DNA from: Euryarchaeota archaeon SM23-78
Lineage (GTDB): Archaea > Nanobdellota > Nanobdellia > Woesearchaeales > SM23-78
NCBI GenBank assembly: GCA_001595785.1
Contig: LSSJ01000002.1
Span: forward strand, 22,224-86,223
Direction of reading: 5' to 3'
Length of the DNA: 64,000 nt
Below the pieces are notes generated by a model that had not been told where the DNA came from, searched no databases, and worked only from the letters and a program-made list of their open reading frames with translations. Below are positions 62,601 to 64,000 of this stretch, one piece after another (position 1 is the first letter of the stretch; the number at the start of each line of letters is the position of its first letter). Position numbers and translations under genes: made by a program.

Positions 62601-64000
62601 AGTTGTTAGCGGTGACGACTTTACTTATTGTGTGGTAAGGTTCAAAGCCACTATGAGTGCAGGTGTTGACAACACTGAGTTCTGGGCTTATTATAATAAC
62701 TCAGGAGCCAGTGACCCTAATAATAATGTGACAAGACTAACAGTTAACACAATAAAAACAGCTCTTGGAGGCAGCATTCTTGGTGCTCAGTACGATGTAA
62801 CTAGTGGCAGTTCTTCTGACACTACCAGTGATAATACTGTTTACTATGCTGTTGGAAGGAATAATGGTCCTCCTGATCAGGACCCTCTCAATGCTTATAT
62901 TAACCTGAGCTACAATGTCTCTGACCTTGGAGTGACTGAATCAGACCTGGTATCATTCAACTTCACTATTAATTATTGCCATTCAAATGATGTGGCTGCT
63001 CCTATAACCTGTGGTGGAGCTATTACCTCTGCAACAGCTAACCCTGCGAGTGTCCAGCTCTATGATTTTGATGCTACTGGCTGGGATCCCCAGTTTGACA
63101 CAGTAACCCAGGATGTTAATTCTGCTGCTGAGAACACCGAGACATATATAGAAACAGATAGTCTTGGTAGTTATGTGCAGGACAGCACAGGTATGGTCTG
63201 GATAAGATATGAGACAGATATTAGCTTTACTGCTAAAGGAACAGATGGCTCATTTGCCCTTGACTATGCAACTCTTAATGTGTATTACAAAGAAAGAATA
63301 TATACGGGCCTTGGGAGTGTGGGAAGCACACAGCTCATAATTGCCAGCAACTATTCACAAACAGATTTCCAAGGGCTATGGGTGTGGAATTGGAGCACTT
63401 CTGGCCAGCAATCAGGCAACTACTCAACAGTCTCGCTTGCCAGCAAGACAGGTTACTATAATGCTTATGATTATTACTGGTTTGAGATAGAAGAGGACAC
63501 TACAGGACCGGTTGTTGTGCTTGACAGGCCACACAACCACACCACAATAAATGCACTTATTGACGGCTTCTTGTACCTGGTAAATGCAACTGTGACAGAT
63601 GCAGGCATTGGAACCATTGATACATTAACCTTCTTATACCGCAGGAATGACACTGACACCTGGAAGTTTGCATGCAATGACACAGACGGCAGTGCTCCGT
63701 TTGAGTGCAACTGGAACCTGACAGGCCTGCCTAATGGAGAAGACTATGAGGTAAGGGTTTATGCAAATGACACACTAGGGAATATTGGTAATAATGACAC
63801 CCATATTAACATCACAATAATAACGCAGGAGATTAGTATTACTTATATCAATGTTGATGATAATGTGTATAGCCCCGTGGATGAGATTGATTTGATTGCT
63901 GGATCAACAAAAAACATTTACTGCAACATAACAGTGAATGACCCTAACGGCTACACATATATCGAAGGAGTGAATGCTACTTTTTTCTCAGCAACAACTA
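56638..64000 (+). CDS. Giant secreted glycoprotein 3 (>2450 aa, 3'-truncated; absent from ORF track)
   Basis: ATG 56638 (MRIRFFVLNIFIILIIFLSLNLVIS), frame 1 apparently open to the window end. Shared N-module incl. LWKCKDWDF...C.GTW...PGQEY...DP. Ig repeats, a DUF2341-like segment (WWNSSWQRRKPI, ~62420), and a family B-like start (IDLIAGSTKNIYCNITVND.NG) at ~63890. Confidence 0.88.
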   Translation, partial: MRIRFFVLNIFIILIIFLSLNLVISDSALSLPPQPPPLSVDKDIYQVEETVELNINIDPLEYHLYELHIYAHNNSYTYKGDFNPIMFFYPTEEGIYTIALVDFSTRATFYSLDFRVGREEEGGVGIDVHDPVQSFPEPAQQGQEFQVKDVPDNIPNRIISVSTDKDEYTSGENVRIFVEGTDGINGNDINLYHSFNGVSKRYMGDLKYINFIPQGIGSHELILEDVQNNIKYIYNFEVKRGIAKKILKAINSRGYEEEVDLEVLDENQGLASVEITPRKRILKKISLKNLKIGENLSLGIEEIALQRIRIKQRNVVKAFALDPSKLEFENGTATGVASGSELWKCKDWDFDNQQCLGTWQKIMDLVPGQEYVIDVSASDPGYAETGVASINTKKPVYHPGETSELIIVVLDTAGHLVSGASVNLDITAPDNSVYYFSTSNTSNNWNNKIIETDKGVYEASFNNTNLEGNYSLVVRAIESNVNSTIFSYFTVKAFYEFDIIRDTPVTTDPWRGAFISSISLTSYLPAPGFNFTEVLPSSFTISNHGGAMRTENNEKIYLTWTNLNNNSVVSYSARPPLVTPELYELGPSYVDYSSGIFYEARPWYLAVDPTAYYDPESNVQQGWDDGTGTGYDQVNNSVRYPNTVGMTYNYISARGNDATYAEFGFDNITQTPRYITLWIYANTTNCGFLAYLQQGGTTRGTIDVNPSTSLNWFNYNWTAPSGDYSVMTVEFYQDSKGGGGPGYCYVYEAYLEVAYNNPPNITALTYPVDGANLSSGTNVDFNFTVYDEEDPVKNCTLWGNFTGTWAANKTVYDVDVDTESNITINLPDGSFIWNINCTDKFGDWDEYETDYRVRVDTTYPKIDFSSGTEPNGTYANRNWIYVNVSVNESNEKNITFRLYNVSGEVNISTYTNGRRNINFTSLDSNTKYWYNVTVCDHFGWCNSTSTRKITLDSTYPAINYSTGTEPNGTHTNRNWIYINITANETNEANITFRLYNTTSPVNITTLGPGNRSINFTNLDSNIKYWYNVTITDKAGNQNTTETWQITLDSTYPFINLNNPGNNTFINYDMVEFNYTPIDTYLDTCILYANFTGPFGPNETEPIPINGSINTFGPINLNDGRYIWNVWCNDSAGNSNFSQYNYTIKVDTQNPVISNWNTNGTSFVIYEYICLNVTVTDSFSGVQTVYAEIEDPNTDVENVSMLDNGGGCDAVGGDNVYSVSYYLEFGGNYTWLNTHAKDYANNWQTNTTNLEWNVTTTGSMTVNMTYPSSNLEINESEYNYQYQQTCNVSCDAGGINCENVVLYAEYNPSVFKYINTTTIDLINDEDSFSCGNLTAGGSPCTHTFNITSGSNSGDNIWPIRCSASSTNVGSYISSDVNLTINDHPFVNFIYPSNSSWLAGVEMLNASASFDSDGSLINFLFEYDNNTGFISPSTICNGPDENCTWNTSQQDQCANNSLSCYLRLTITDNDGLTNSTYVVIGFDTQAPTIVLGLPRDFENISVNLFTINASPTDNQSGVDTVVFEYRQNSTDSWHFVCLDNRSPIYDCVWNLTNLSDGNTYEFRAYANDSKGNIGSADVHTNITVDRTGPLIYLESPIYGANFSNNTITFYYNATDATSSLRNCSLVIDGSIVNTTLFPAEDTTLNFTYNLSDGSYNWSVNCTDLLGNENSSELREINIDTQGPVVVLDRPPNSSIVTGASYVVNASVNDPGFAEVDTATFEYRRNSTDTWQLICRDDRDPVYDCDWDTTVLPDGDEYEVRVYANDTFGNVGNIDIHVNITIDNNNPVLILVSPEDNFTDTDGDLVFVYRVSDISPISNCTLIINEQINQTEPSVQRDVDQYFYLYNVVDGSQLNWSINCTDSINLINASETRNITVSISANMNLNLTMNKSSYYAGQTAVITHNVTDTADVPISGVDVSTAIVFANTTIPWWNSSWQRRKPINLTSSQDLTNVIVEVNVSGLDGNISSCTDEIRIARFDSNNNLTSVPRAVVSGDDFTYCVVRFKATMSAGVDNTEFWAYYNNSGASDPNNNVTRLTVNTIKTALGGSILGAQYDVTSGSSSDTTSDNTVYYAVGRNNGPPDQDPLNAYINLSYNVSDLGVTESDLVSFNFTINYCHSNDVAAPITCGGAITSATANPASVQLYDFDATGWDPQFDTVTQDVNSAAENTETYIETDSLGSYVQDSTGMVWIRYETDISFTAKGTDGSFALDYATLNVYYKERIYTGLGSVGSTQLIIASNYSQTDFQGLWVWNWSTSGQQSGNYSTVSLASKTGYYNAYDYYWFEIEEDTTGPVVVLDRPHNHTTINALIDGFLYLVNATVTDAGIGTIDTLTFLYRRNDTDTWKFACNDTDGSAPFECNWNLTGLPNGEDYEVRVYANDTLGNIGNNDTHINITIITQEISITYINVDDNVYSPVDEIDLIAGSTKNIYCNITVNDPNGYTYIEGVNATFFSATT

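Noticed and set aside
56930-63710. Short ORFs listed on both strands in this interval
   Set aside because: They are shadows of the long frame-1 ORF starting at 56638, which the track omitted because it has no stop in the window.

Overview
AT-rich archaeal DNA: BRE-TATA promoters, GGTGA/GAGGTG ribosome-binding sites and very dense N-glycosylation sequons. Gene content points to a DPANN/Woesearchaeota-like lineage (inference). About two thirds of the window encodes a cell-surface locus. It has three giant secreted multi-Ig proteins sharing an N-terminal module: 1377-10719 (split), 32345-37537, and 56638->64000 (missing from the supplied ORF track). It also has five paralogous small secreted 'family A' proteins, two 'family B' proteins, a DUF916/DUF3324-like membrane protein, other anchored surface proteins and several HTH/AbrB/RHH regulators. 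The key observation is that the C-terminal domain of giants 1 and 2 is a divergent family A domain, while giant 3 runs into a family B-type module at the window edge. This suggests an undescribed fibre/pilus-like (WxL- or chaperone-pilin-like) system with small subunits and giant adhesins. The middle of the window is a signalling block: KaiC-like ATPase, two Walker-A-less RecA-fold proteins, a receptor Ser/Thr kinase, AbrB-PhoU, a receiver, a dCache-HAMP histidine kinase, an orphan LivK, a PAS-only protein, and an MNT-HEPN pair. Four intergenic copies of a covarying three-way-junction element, sharp wobble-position composition patches and three reading-frame lesions were also found. No rRNA, tRNA, CRISPR array, transposase or reverse transcriptase was seen. 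All family assignments are by eye from motifs; no database search was run.
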